Shown one piece after another: positions 1 through 9,242 of a stretch of DNA of 64,000 nucleotides (within the stretch, counting starts at the first letter, position 1; the number at the start of each line of letters is the position of its first letter). The notes under the pieces were generated by a model. The model made no database searches. It saw only the letters and a list, made by a program, of their open reading frames with translations, and was not told the DNA's origin. This DNA comes from a virus: positions 32,060 to 96,059 of IMG/VR virus record IMGVR_UViG_3300024264_000013, one strand, 5' to 3'. Position numbers and translations under genes: made by a program.

Positions 1-2
1 GG

Positions 3-1484
3 ACAGCAACGACTCTTCCAGCATCAAGTGCATGGTCAAGTGTAACCTGGGGCAAGGATAGATTTGTAGCAACTACAGCAAAAACTGATAGTAGTGTAGC
101 AGAAACAGCAGTAAGTCATGATGGTATAACTTGGGTTGCAGGAAGTATGGAACCAGGTGAATGGACTGGCATAGGCTATGCACAAGGAACATTTTGTGCT
201 GTGAAAAGTGATACAGGATCCGAATCAGATGTTATTGCATTTAGTAGAGATGGATATCATTGGAGAGCAAAATTATTACCAGCAGGATTTGAAACTAGGG
301 CAGGTGTTGCAGGCGCAAGTACAGAAAGTAAATGGGTTGTTGTAACAAGTGGCCAAGGTGATGCTAATAAAATTACATATGGTACACAAGCATTAGGTCG
401 TGCTGTTGTAAGCAGTGGACGTATTGGTTCGTTTACATTACACGAGCCGGGTGCAGGTTATACAACTGACCCTGTTGTGACAGTGCATGATAATACAAAC
501 ACATTAGATGTTACAACTAGAGCAGAAACAGCAAACGGTGTATTACCACAACCGACTATGACTAATAAAGGAGTTGGATACTTTAGATCAACTGCTGAAG
601 TCACTGCAGGTGACGGATATGCTGAAATACTACAAATTGCAGATACTTTAATTATAGAAAATGTAAGTAAACTTCCTGGACCGGGCGATAATATTAGTAT
701 TGACGGTATTGATGGTGTAACATATTTTGTTGTTAAAATACTTACAAGTTCAGGAGTACTTGGAGCATATAATTTAAAACTACAAATTAGTCCAAACTTA
801 GGTAGACAAGAAGCACCAGTACATGGTGAAAATATTGTTATTAGACAACAGTACAGTCAAATTAGATTAACAGGACATGATTTCCTAGATATTGGTACAG
901 GTAACTTTTCAAGCACAGCATATCCTGGACTATATGTATTTGGATACAATCCAGATGAAAACGCAGAACCAAAACAGTTCCAAGAAGTTAGTCAATTCAA
1001 CGGCGGGCGTGTATTCTACACAAGTACTGACCAAGATGGTAACTTTAGAGTTGGCGAACTATTTGAAGTTGAACAGGCAACAGGTACAATTAGTATTAAT
1101 GCTAGTTTCTTTGAATTAGATGGACTAGAAGAACTTAGACTTGGTGGTGTTGTACTTGGTGGTACAGGTGCTGTGATTAGAGAATTTAGTACAGATCCAA
1201 CGTTTGCGGCCAATAGTAACAATATTGTACCAACACAAAGAGCAATCGGCAAATATGTACAATCAAGAGTATCATCAGGTGGTTCAGATCTTAAAGTGAA
1301 CAGATTAAATGCTGGTGATATTAGTTTTGAAGGTAATAGAATCTTTAAAGTATTAGGTGGAGGCATTGATATTAATGTTGCCGCTAATATTACAGGCAAC
1401 GTATCGGGTGATATGGCGGCACAAGCATACTTCCAGTCTGGAGCATCAGTTCCTGAAGGCGGACCAGGATTTGGCGATGATTAA
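3..1484 (+). CDS. Virion structural (tail fibre/baseplate-associated) protein, 5'-truncated by the window edge
   Basis: The frame is open from base 3 (TATTLPASSAWSSVTWGKDRFVA...) into the ORF at 147. It has W-x-x-[IV]-x-[YW] propeller-like repeats and GxGY repeats. Its C-terminal domain (YSQIRLTGHDFLDIGTGN...GGRVFYTSTDQDGNFRVG) is paralogous to that of the next gene. Confidence 0.7.
   Translation, partial: TATTLPASSAWSSVTWGKDRFVATTAKTDSSVAETAVSHDGITWVAGSMEPGEWTGIGYAQGTFCAVKSDTGSESDVIAFSRDGYHWRAKLLPAGFETRAGVAGASTESKWVVVTSGQGDANKITYGTQALGRAVVSSGRIGSFTLHEPGAGYTTDPVVTVHDNTNTLDVTTRAETANGVLPQPTMTNKGVGYFRSTAEVTAGDGYAEILQIADTLIIENVSKLPGPGDNISIDGIDGVTYFVVKILTSSGVLGAYNLKLQISPNLGRQEAPVHGENIVIRQQYSQIRLTGHDFLDIGTGNFSSTAYPGLYVFGYNPDENAEPKQFQEVSQFNGGRVFYTSTDQDGNFRVGELFEVEQATGTISINASFFELDGLEELRLGGVVLGGTGAVIREFSTDPTFAANSNNIVPTQRAIGKYVQSRVSSGGSDLKVNRLNAGDISFEGNRIFKVLGGGIDINVAANITGNVSGDMAAQAYFQSGASVPEGGPGFGDD
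867..1054 (+). repeat. Near-identical DNA patches shared with 6044-6207 (copy 1)
   Basis: 867-908 matches 6044-6085 (42 nt, 1 mismatch). 1014-1054 matches 6167-6207 (41 nt, identical). Confidence 0.9.
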
Positions 1485-1493
1485 AGATAATGA

Positions 1494-1499
1494 TAAATA
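1494..1499 (+). promoter_or_regulatory. T4-type late promoter core (TAAATA)
   Basis: GATAAATA lies in the intergenic gap before the GGAG SD and ATG at 1523. The motif recurs upstream of most structural genes. Confidence 0.6.
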
Positions 1500-1522
1500 T
1501 AAAGTATACGGTGGAGTAACCA

Positions 1523-4500
1523 ATGGCAGAATTTAAACTAGGTAGAATCAGATTTATTTGGAAAGACGAATGGTCTGAAGCAACCACTTACTACAAAGAC
1601 GATGTAGTGCGTTACGGTGGTAAGACATTTATGTGTGTAGTAGGACACATTTCGCAAACTGACTTTATGTTGGATCTAAACGATTCTACAGCAAAGTGGC
1701 AACAATTTGCAGATGGTCAGACTTGGAGAGGCGATTGGGCAACAGGCACTGTTTACAAAATTAACGATATTGTAAAATATGGTGGACAACTTTATATTGC
1801 AAACACAGGACATATTTCAGACGCTAGTGCCATTGGCGGATTGGAAAGTAATCTAGGTGATGATAGTACTGCGGCATATTGGGATTTATTTGGTGAAGGA
1901 TTTGATTACAAAGGTGACTGGGCTATTAATACAAGATACAAACTTAATGATATTGTAAAATATGGATCAAGAGTTTATATTTGTACAGGGTATCATGTTA
2001 GTGCGCCAAACACAACCTCAGGTTTAGAACTAAATCAATCTAAGTGGGATATTATTAGTAACGGTTTTGATTGGAAAACAGACTGGGCTATAGGAGTTCG
2101 TTATAGAATTGGAGATTTAGTTAAGTATGGTGGACAAGTTTATTCTTGTAATACTGGACATACTTCAGCGGCAACGACTGTTCTTGGTCTTGAAGCCGAT
2201 CAAGCAAAATGGGATTACTTCCATAAAGGTATTGAATACTTAGGTGAATGGGCAAGTGCTTATAGATATAAAATTAACGATGTTGTAAAAGATTCAGGCG
2301 GACTTTGGATTTGTACAACGTATCATACATCAAGTGTTGCAGTAGACTTAAGATCAGACGAAGCAAACTGGGCACAGTTTATTCCAGGATTAGAATTTGA
2401 AGATAGTTGGGGACCATACTCACCATACCAACCAGGTGACATTGTTACTTATGGTGGTTATACTTATGTTGCAAAAACAAATAACTCAGAGAAAAAACCA
2501 AGCGAAGCACCAAACGATTGGGACGTATTTGCAACTGGCTTTAACTTAAGAGGCGACTACGGTGATGACTCTGCAAGTCAAGATTACTTAACAGGTGATG
2601 TTGTTAGAGTTGGTGGTTATACTTACCTTGCTATTACAAATTCAAATGGTGTTCGTCCACCAAACACAACATATTGGGAAAAGTTAAACGAAGGTGCTAA
2701 CTGGAGAAACACTTGGACTGACGCAACATATTATGACTTAGGTGATACAGTTCAACAAGGTGTTAACAGTTACATTGCAGTACAATCACATACATCAAGT
2801 AATTCAGTAAATGATCCAGCAACTGATACAGCAGGAGCATTTTGGAACTTCTTTAGTGGTGGTGCTGAATCTGGAAACTTAACAACTACAGGTGATATTG
2901 TTTATTACGGTGGTTCAGGACCTGCAAGATTACCAGTTGGTAAACCGGGTCAAGTATTAAAAGTTAATGATGCGGCAACTGCTCCTGAATGGACATACTT
3001 TGGTCAAATTAACCATGTATGGTATGTTGATACAGGCGCTGGTGTAGATGCTCCGGCTCCAGATAGAGGTATTACATTAGATAGACCATTTAAAAGTGTA
3101 CGTTATGCTACAGAACAAATTAGAGACGGTGGTGTGAATCAGCCAGATCGTATTTTAATTGAAGCAAATAGATCATTCTTACAAGCAGAAGTTACAGAAT
3201 GGATTGATTATCAAATTGCAAATGCAATTTCGCCATTCACAGGTTCATTCTCATATGATAAGGCAAAATGTTTAAGAGACACAGGACAAATTATTGATGC
3301 AGTTGCTTGGGATTTATCACACGGTGGTAATGTTAGATCAAGATTAGCGGCGCTGTCATATTTCCAACCAGGCGGTGCAAGTTACATTTCAGGACAAACA
3401 GGTGAAACTGTTGCGGCAATTAATTACTTAAAAAGTATTATGCCAAACATCCTTGCAAAAACAGATCCAGCGGCAAATTATCAAACACTAAACAGTGTTG
3501 GTACACCAATTACACAACAAAAATTAACAGCATATGGTGAAACAGAAGGAGCAATCACAACTATTAATGGATTGATTCCAATTATTACAGATGCAATTAC
3601 AGCAGGAGTTATAACAGGTATTCCAGCAGAACTACATGCACAAAAAACAATATTTGTAAAAACTGGAGAATATCAAGAAGTACTTCCAATTATTATTCCG
3701 GAAGATACAGCAGTTGTTGGTGACGAATTGCGTTCAACAAGAATTTCGCCTGCACCAAGTTTAACTGATGCGGCTGATGTTGCAAAAAGTATTGCGGCAC
3801 TAACAAGAGTAAGTGCAGTAGTAAGTAACATTATACAAAACGTAGCAATTACAAAATCTACAGGCAATACTGATACACAAGTAACTACAAGACCAGCAGG
3901 TAGTGCTAGTGCAGGTACAGCAACAGAAAACTTATTTAGAGAAATTTACGACTACATTGATTGGGGAATTAATGGTGCTTCGGGAGATAGTACAGAGCCT
4001 ACAAACAGAGGAGTAAACGATCCAGAAACATCAACAGGTTACACATACGCAGTAGAAACATTAGAAGCAAATAGAGATTTTATTATTGCAGAAGTACACG
4101 CTTATATTGCATTAACTTATCCAAGTTATACATATACACTAGCGGCTTGTGCAAGAGATATGAATGCATATATTGATGCTGTCAAACATGATTTAATTTA
4201 CTCAGGTAATTATAGATCATTATTAGCGGCAAAATATTATGTACACTCAGTAGAAGGTTGTTTATTAAAAGACATGTTCTATGCACGTAATGGTACAGGT
4301 GTAAGAAACTGTACTCTTACAGGATTAACAGGAACACTAAGTGGTGCAAATGCATACGGAACTAAACGTCCAACATCAGGTGCTTACGTTTCACTAGATC
4401 CAGGTTGGGGACCAGCACATAAAGATGCTTGGATCACTAATAAATCACCTTATGTACAAAACGTAACTACATTTGGTACAGCATGTATCGGATTAAAAGT

Positions 4501-6598
4501 TGACGGTGACTTACATGACGGTGGTAACGATTCAATTGTTGCTAACGACTTTACACAAATTTTAAGTGACGGTATTGGTTACTGGGTTACAAACTTAGGT
4601 AGATCAGAACTTGTATCAGTGTTTACATACTACAACCACATTGGTTACCTTGCAGAAAACGGTGGTAAGATTCGTGCTACAAACGGCAACAACTCTTACG
4701 GTGATTTTGGATCAGTTGCAGAAGGCATTGACTCTACAGAAACTCCAGTATTAGGTGAAGTTGATAACCAACAACTAGAAGCACAAATTGCAAATGTTGT
4801 TACAGATGGTGCAAATGAAATACTACAATTAGAATACGGAAATGCAGGTACAGGATATACTACAGAAGCAACAAGTGCAATCCTTACAGTTGACACAATT
4901 ATTAACAATGACCCAGACAGAACTACTGGTACATACAAAGGTATTACAGGTTCAACTTCAGGAAGTGGAACTGGACAAGAATTTGACATTCAAGTAACAG
5001 CAGTTGGCGGTGTTGAAGTTACAGTAATCAAAGGTGGTACTGGACATGCTCCAAATGATGTTATTACAATTAGTGATTCATTAGTTGGTGGTGGCGGAGC
5101 CGCAGATGTAACATTCCAAATTGATACAATTGGCGCGGCAACAAGATATTCACTACAAGGTGAAGGATTTGGAGCGGCAGTTGATACAGTAACAGTTACA
5201 AACGGTGCAGTATTTGAAGTACAGTTAGAAGAAGATTCAACTGTTTATGGTGGTGATGGCTTTGTTACTATTGCCTCAAATGCACAGTCTGGTAATGCTA
5301 CACAAATTACACTAGCGGCAACAGATGTTAATCCAACTGGTACATATAATGGTATGATGATTTATATTGTAAGTGGACTAGGTGCAGGACAATTTGGTGT
5401 TATTGGATCATATGATGCGTCAACAAAAATTGCAACTATTACAAAAGAATCAAATGGTAGTGCAGGATTTGAACATATTAAAGGCTCTGCAATAGCAAGT
5501 ACACTTGATGCTACATCATCATATGACATTACTCCAAGAGTGATATTCAGTGCACCAGCAAGTGGTACACGAGCAAGAGGTAGATGTAGAGTAGCAGACG
5601 AAAAAGTTGTTGAAGTTAAAATTATTACTCCAGGTAGCGGGTATACTAGTCCGCCATCAATGACATTAATTGATCCAAGTCATACTATTGAAGTTCCACA
5701 TACAGTAAGAATTGGTAACGGAGTACTAGGACAACCAACATACTCAAATAGAGGTACAGGGTTTATTACAGCAAGTGCTGAAGTTGTTGGTGATGGTCTT
5801 GCAGATATTAGACAACTTGGTACAAAAATTAGAGTTGATGGACTTGATAGCATTCCACAAAAAGGTGCTAACGTTGAATTTGCAAGTTTGCCGAATAGAT
5901 GGTTTAAACTTGTAAGTATTACTAACTTATTAGGTATTGGTCCATATAGTGCATTACTACAGATTAGTCCTGCATTAGAAGCAGACGAAAGACCACCTCA
6001 TACAGATGCAATTACAATTAGACGTAGATATTCACAAGTACGTTTAACAGGACACGATTTCCTAGATATTGGTACAGGTAACTTTAGTAATACAAACTAC
6101 CCAGGTGAACCATTAACAGCACCAGAGCCACTATACGAAACAAATGATTTTGGTGGAGGAAGAGTGTTCTACACAAGTACTGACCAAGATGGTAACTTTA
6201 GAGTTGGTGGATTGTTTAACGTTGAACAGGCAACAGGTATTGCTACACTAAACGTTGAAGCATTTAATATCTCAGGATTAAACGAACTACAACTTGGTAG
6301 TGTTGCACTTGGTGGTGCAGGAGCAGTTATCACAGAATTTAGTACAGATGGTACATTTAGTGCTGATAGTGATAATGTTGTTCCAACACAAAAAGCAATT
6401 AAAACGTATATTACATCACAAATTGGTGGTGGTGTTGCTACACTAAACGTTAACAGTGTAACAGCAGGTACAGTTGAGATTACGCAAAATCAAATATCAA
6501 CTACCGACGGCGGTAAGATAAATATACTTAACGCAGTAAACTTTAAAGGTGGAATAGACGGTGCTCCTGTAGCATTAAGTATGTTCCTAAATAATTAA
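1523..6598 (+). CDS. Giant virion structural protein (1691 aa) with N-terminal carbohydrate-binding-like repeats and phycobiliprotein-like helical domains
   Basis: About 8 W-x(4)-Y-x(3)-D-x-V-x-YGG repeats, two CxRD helical units, a probable beta-helix segment, GxGY repeats, and a C-terminal domain shared with the upstream gene. Preceded by a late promoter and SD. Confidence 0.7.
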   Translation: MAEFKLGRIRFIWKDEWSEATTYYKDDVVRYGGKTFMCVVGHISQTDFMLDLNDSTAKWQQFADGQTWRGDWATGTVYKINDIVKYGGQLYIANTGHISDASAIGGLESNLGDDSTAAYWDLFGEGFDYKGDWAINTRYKLNDIVKYGSRVYICTGYHVSAPNTTSGLELNQSKWDIISNGFDWKTDWAIGVRYRIGDLVKYGGQVYSCNTGHTSAATTVLGLEADQAKWDYFHKGIEYLGEWASAYRYKINDVVKDSGGLWICTTYHTSSVAVDLRSDEANWAQFIPGLEFEDSWGPYSPYQPGDIVTYGGYTYVAKTNNSEKKPSEAPNDWDVFATGFNLRGDYGDDSASQDYLTGDVVRVGGYTYLAITNSNGVRPPNTTYWEKLNEGANWRNTWTDATYYDLGDTVQQGVNSYIAVQSHTSSNSVNDPATDTAGAFWNFFSGGAESGNLTTTGDIVYYGGSGPARLPVGKPGQVLKVNDAATAPEWTYFGQINHVWYVDTGAGVDAPAPDRGITLDRPFKSVRYATEQIRDGGVNQPDRILIEANRSFLQAEVTEWIDYQIANAISPFTGSFSYDKAKCLRDTGQIIDAVAWDLSHGGNVRSRLAALSYFQPGGASYISGQTGETVAAINYLKSIMPNILAKTDPAANYQTLNSVGTPITQQKLTAYGETEGAITTINGLIPIITDAITAGVITGIPAELHAQKTIFVKTGEYQEVLPIIIPEDTAVVGDELRSTRISPAPSLTDAADVAKSIAALTRVSAVVSNIIQNVAITKSTGNTDTQVTTRPAGSASAGTATENLFREIYDYIDWGINGASGDSTEPTNRGVNDPETSTGYTYAVETLEANRDFIIAEVHAYIALTYPSYTYTLAACARDMNAYIDAVKHDLIYSGNYRSLLAAKYYVHSVEGCLLKDMFYARNGTGVRNCTLTGLTGTLSGANAYGTKRPTSGAYVSLDPGWGPAHKDAWITNKSPYVQNVTTFGTACIGLKVDGDLHDGGNDSIVANDFTQILSDGIGYWVTNLGRSELVSVFTYYNHIGYLAENGGKIRATNGNNSYGDFGSVAEGIDSTETPVLGEVDNQQLEAQIANVVTDGANEILQLEYGNAGTGYTTEATSAILTVDTIINNDPDRTTGTYKGITGSTSGSGTGQEFDIQVTAVGGVEVTVIKGGTGHAPNDVITISDSLVGGGGAADVTFQIDTIGAATRYSLQGEGFGAAVDTVTVTNGAVFEVQLEEDSTVYGGDGFVTIASNAQSGNATQITLAATDVNPTGTYNGMMIYIVSGLGAGQFGVIGSYDASTKIATITKESNGSAGFEHIKGSAIASTLDATSSYDITPRVIFSAPASGTRARGRCRVADEKVVEVKIITPGSGYTSPPSMTLIDPSHTIEVPHTVRIGNGVLGQPTYSNRGTGFITASAEVVGDGLADIRQLGTKIRVDGLDSIPQKGANVEFASLPNRWFKLVSITNLLGIGPYSALLQISPALEADERPPHTDAITIRRRYSQVRLTGHDFLDIGTGNFSNTNYPGEPLTAPEPLYETNDFGGGRVFYTSTDQDGNFRVGGLFNVEQATGIATLNVEAFNISGLNELQLGSVALGGAGAVITEFSTDGTFSADSDNVVPTQKAIKTYITSQIGGGVATLNVNSVTAGTVEITQNQISTTDGGKINILNAVNFKGGIDGAPVALSMFLNN
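6044..6207 (+). repeat. Near-identical DNA patches shared with 867-1054 (copy 2)
   Basis: Direct comparison: ttaacaggacaYgatttcctagatattggtacaggtaacttt and ttctacacaagtactgaccaagatggtaactttagagttgg occur in both genes. Confidence 0.9.
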
Positions 6599-6610
6599 CG
6601 GAGAAACAAA

Positions 6611-6931
6611 ATGGCAACAGGAAGAATAGGCGCATCAGATTTGAGTGTGGGAGCAAATACTACAGTATATGAATGCCCTACAGATAACTATGCGGTTGTA
6701 AGTTTAAATATTTGCAACAGAGGAAACCAAGCAACGTCAATTAGAATTGCTGTTGCTGATCTGGCTACACCAACAGTAGGCGAGTACATTGAATATGAAG
6801 TAGAAGTACTATCAAAAGGTGTATTAGAAAGAACTGGAATAGTTTTAGCCGCAGGGCAAAAAATTGTATGTTACGCCTCAGGTGCTAACATTTCAGCAGT
6901 CGCTATGGGCATTGAAACGTCTACGGCATAA
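6611..6931 (+). CDS. Small virion structural protein (hypothetical)
   Basis: GGAG SD; beta-rich 106-aa ORF within the structural gene array. Confidence 0.6.
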   Translation: MATGRIGASDLSVGANTTVYECPTDNYAVVSLNICNRGNQATSIRIAVADLATPTVGEYIEYEVEVLSKGVLERTGIVLAAGQKIVCYASGANISAVAMGIETSTA

Positions 6932-6934
6932 ATA
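6929..6934 (+). promoter_or_regulatory. Late promoter core (TAAATA)
   Basis: ATAAATA overlaps the stop codon, upstream of the AGGAG SD of the gene at 6955. Confidence 0.5.
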
Positions 6935-6954
6935 CATAGGAGAAGGATAAAACC

Positions 6955-7287
6955 ATGGGAAGATATATAACAACTACAGGTACTGCTGGTGTTACTAGTC
7001 GAGAAATTAGTACAACTTTTAGTGCCACGGTAAACGATAGAATATTAGCAAATACTGCTAGTAGTGCTTACACTGTTACTTTACCGACGAATGCTTCATT
7101 GTTAGTAAATGATACAATACAAATTATTGATATTTCAAACAATGCGGCAAGTAATAATCTTACTGTTGGTAGAAACGGTAGTTTAATTAACGGTTCAGCA
7201 GAAAACTTAGTCATTGACGTAAGTGGTGCGATCGTTACATTAATTTACACAGGGTCTACTTACGGTTGGGTCGTTGGCTCGGTATAA
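6955..7287 (+). CDS. Small tail-fibre-associated structural protein
   Basis: The VTLP...D.I.IID.......NNLTV.RNG..I.G motif is typical of T4-like tail fibre domains. Confidence 0.6.
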   Translation: MGRYITTTGTAGVTSREISTTFSATVNDRILANTASSAYTVTLPTNASLLVNDTIQIIDISNNAASNNLTVGRNGSLINGSAENLVIDVSGAIVTLIYTGSTYGWVVGSV

Positions 7288-7299
7288 TAGGGGAAACAG

Positions 7300-8256
7300 A
7301 TGGCATCATTAGAAGCATTAATCAAAGCGAAACAGCCTCAGTCTGAAGAAGAAAATCTAGAATCAGGCAGACTGTATAGTTTTTCAGAAGGAAATACTTA
7401 CACAAAGTTTTGTAAGTGTTCATGTTGGTGCCCACAAGGTAACGGTACAGCAGTAATTGAAGTTTGGGGCGCAGGCGGCTCAGGCGCAAAAATGTGTTGC
7501 TGTGGTAACGGATTACCAGGTAACTCAGGATCTTATTCAAAAACAACAAAAGTAATGACTCCATCAGATTACATGTACGGTTGTACAGGGTTTGCATGTG
7601 GTAATTCAGACGCACTATGTTTTAGAGGTTGCTCAGAACCAACAATGGTTTGTATGGTAGCGGCGTCAGGAAACAGTTGTATGTGTGCAAGAGGCGGTAA
7701 AGGTGGCGTAAGTTACTGTTCAACAGGTACATCAATGTACTGTTGTTTTAGAGCAGGCGGATTTTGTCATACTAACACAGGACCAAACTGCGGTACAATT
7801 TGTAACCAATGTTCAGGACAGTGGGACGCTATTGCATATGGCGGTGACGTAAACAGATGCGGAAATATTTCATGTATGGGCTTTCATGGTTGCTATCCAG
7901 CATGTGTATGTTTATTTAGAGGCATGGTAGCATTTCCTCCAGGTATGATTACAGAGTGCGGTGGAATTGTACAGTACGGTATGTCAGATGATTCAGCACA
8001 CTCACGTTGGTCAGGTATGGGTCAGTTTGAAGCAAATGCTATGATTAATGGCGCAGGTAGATCACCAGGTGAAGGATTAACATGGAAAGCATGTTACCAA
8101 GGTGATACAAGTTGCGGTTGTTATAATACTAACGGTTGTCAAAGTACTTTACCATATGGCGTTGGAGGTCCAGGACCTCAACCTTGTCCAGGTGTGAGAG
8201 ATCACGCAACACGTGGTGGTATGGGTGCAATTAGAATTAAGTTTATAGAAAGTTAA
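7300..8256 (+). CDS. Cys/Gly-rich protein, paralogue A (putative fibre tip/adhesin)
   Basis: 32 Cys in 318 aa; glycine-rich signature IEVWGAGGSG...GGMGAIRIKF; colinear with the next ORF. Confidence 0.6.
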   Translation: MASLEALIKAKQPQSEEENLESGRLYSFSEGNTYTKFCKCSCWCPQGNGTAVIEVWGAGGSGAKMCCCGNGLPGNSGSYSKTTKVMTPSDYMYGCTGFACGNSDALCFRGCSEPTMVCMVAASGNSCMCARGGKGGVSYCSTGTSMYCCFRAGGFCHTNTGPNCGTICNQCSGQWDAIAYGGDVNRCGNISCMGFHGCYPACVCLFRGMVAFPPGMITECGGIVQYGMSDDSAHSRWSGMGQFEANAMINGAGRSPGEGLTWKACYQGDTSCGCYNTNGCQSTLPYGVGGPGPQPCPGVRDHATRGGMGAIRIKFIES

Positions 8257-8272
8257 GGAACAGGAGTAATTT

Positions 8273-9229
8273 ATGGCAGGATTAAGAGCAATATTAGAAA
8301 GTAGGTCGACGCCGTTCGCAGAGGATAACCTTGAAAAAGGCAAATTGTGGGCTTACTCGACTGTTGCTACATATTCAACCTATCCAGGTTGCTTTTGTTG
8401 GATTTCACCAGGTACAGGTACAGTAGAACTTGAAGTCTGGGGAGCAGGTGGCGGCGGTTCTAGAATGTGTTGTTGTTCAGCAACAATATCAGGAAACTCT
8501 GGAGCGTACAGTAAAAGAAGTATTTCAGTGGCAACAAATTGTTACATATGTGGACACGCAGGTAAAAGTTGTCGAAACGGTAGCCTTTGTCATAGAGGGT
8601 GTTCAGAACCAGGCGAAGTATGTTGGACAGGCAACAGTGGCAATAACGGCTGTATGTGTGCTCAAGGTGGTTGGAGTGGTGCTAGTTGGTGTACAACTGG
8701 TACAGCACGTTGGTGTTGTTTTGCCGCTAACAACTGGTGTAAAACACAATATTCAGGGTATTGCGGTATTATTTGTAATGCTTGTAACAATAGTTGGAAA
8801 AACCAAGCATATGGTGGCACAACTAACTGTGAAGGTGTAAAGAGTTGTGTTACGTTTTGGCATTGTTATCCAAACTGTAACTGTTCAACTATTCATCACA
8901 CTGCGTTGCCAGCAGGTATGTTTAGTACATGCGGAGGCGTAGCATCGTATAGTTTAGATGATGATAACGGTCACGGTAGATGGTCCGGAAATGCTTTAAA
9001 TGGATACCAAAATTCACTAAATAGTTTGTCAAGAATGCCAGGTGGTGGTACATATTGGTCACAATGTTGGAACGGAGTTCGAGCATGTGGTTGTTATGAC
9101 ACACAAGGGTGTTCAATGTTTGTTCCACACGGTTCAGGTGGTCCAGCGGCAACACCGTGTTCGGGAGTTAGAGACAATGGATGGGCCGGCGGAGACGCAT
9201 TAATTAAAATTAAATACATAGAAAGTTAA
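8273..9229 (+). CDS. Cys/Gly-rich protein, paralogue B (putative fibre tip/adhesin)
   Basis: 31 Cys in 318 aa; LEVWGAGGGG...MCCC; Cys spacing conserved with paralogue A; both end in K[FY]IES. Confidence 0.6.
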   Translation: MAGLRAILESRSTPFAEDNLEKGKLWAYSTVATYSTYPGCFCWISPGTGTVELEVWGAGGGGSRMCCCSATISGNSGAYSKRSISVATNCYICGHAGKSCRNGSLCHRGCSEPGEVCWTGNSGNNGCMCAQGGWSGASWCTTGTARWCCFAANNWCKTQYSGYCGIICNACNNSWKNQAYGGTTNCEGVKSCVTFWHCYPNCNCSTIHHTALPAGMFSTCGGVASYSLDDDNGHGRWSGNALNGYQNSLNSLSRMPGGGTYWSQCWNGVRACGCYDTQGCSMFVPHGSGGPAATPCSGVRDNGWAGGDALIKIKYIES

Positions 9230-9242
9230 TGGAGATATAGAA

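Noticed and set aside
867-6207. Diversity-generating retroelement (template/variable repeat pair)
   Set aside because: The shared patches are short, the single mismatch is not at an adenine, and no reverse transcriptase is present in the window.
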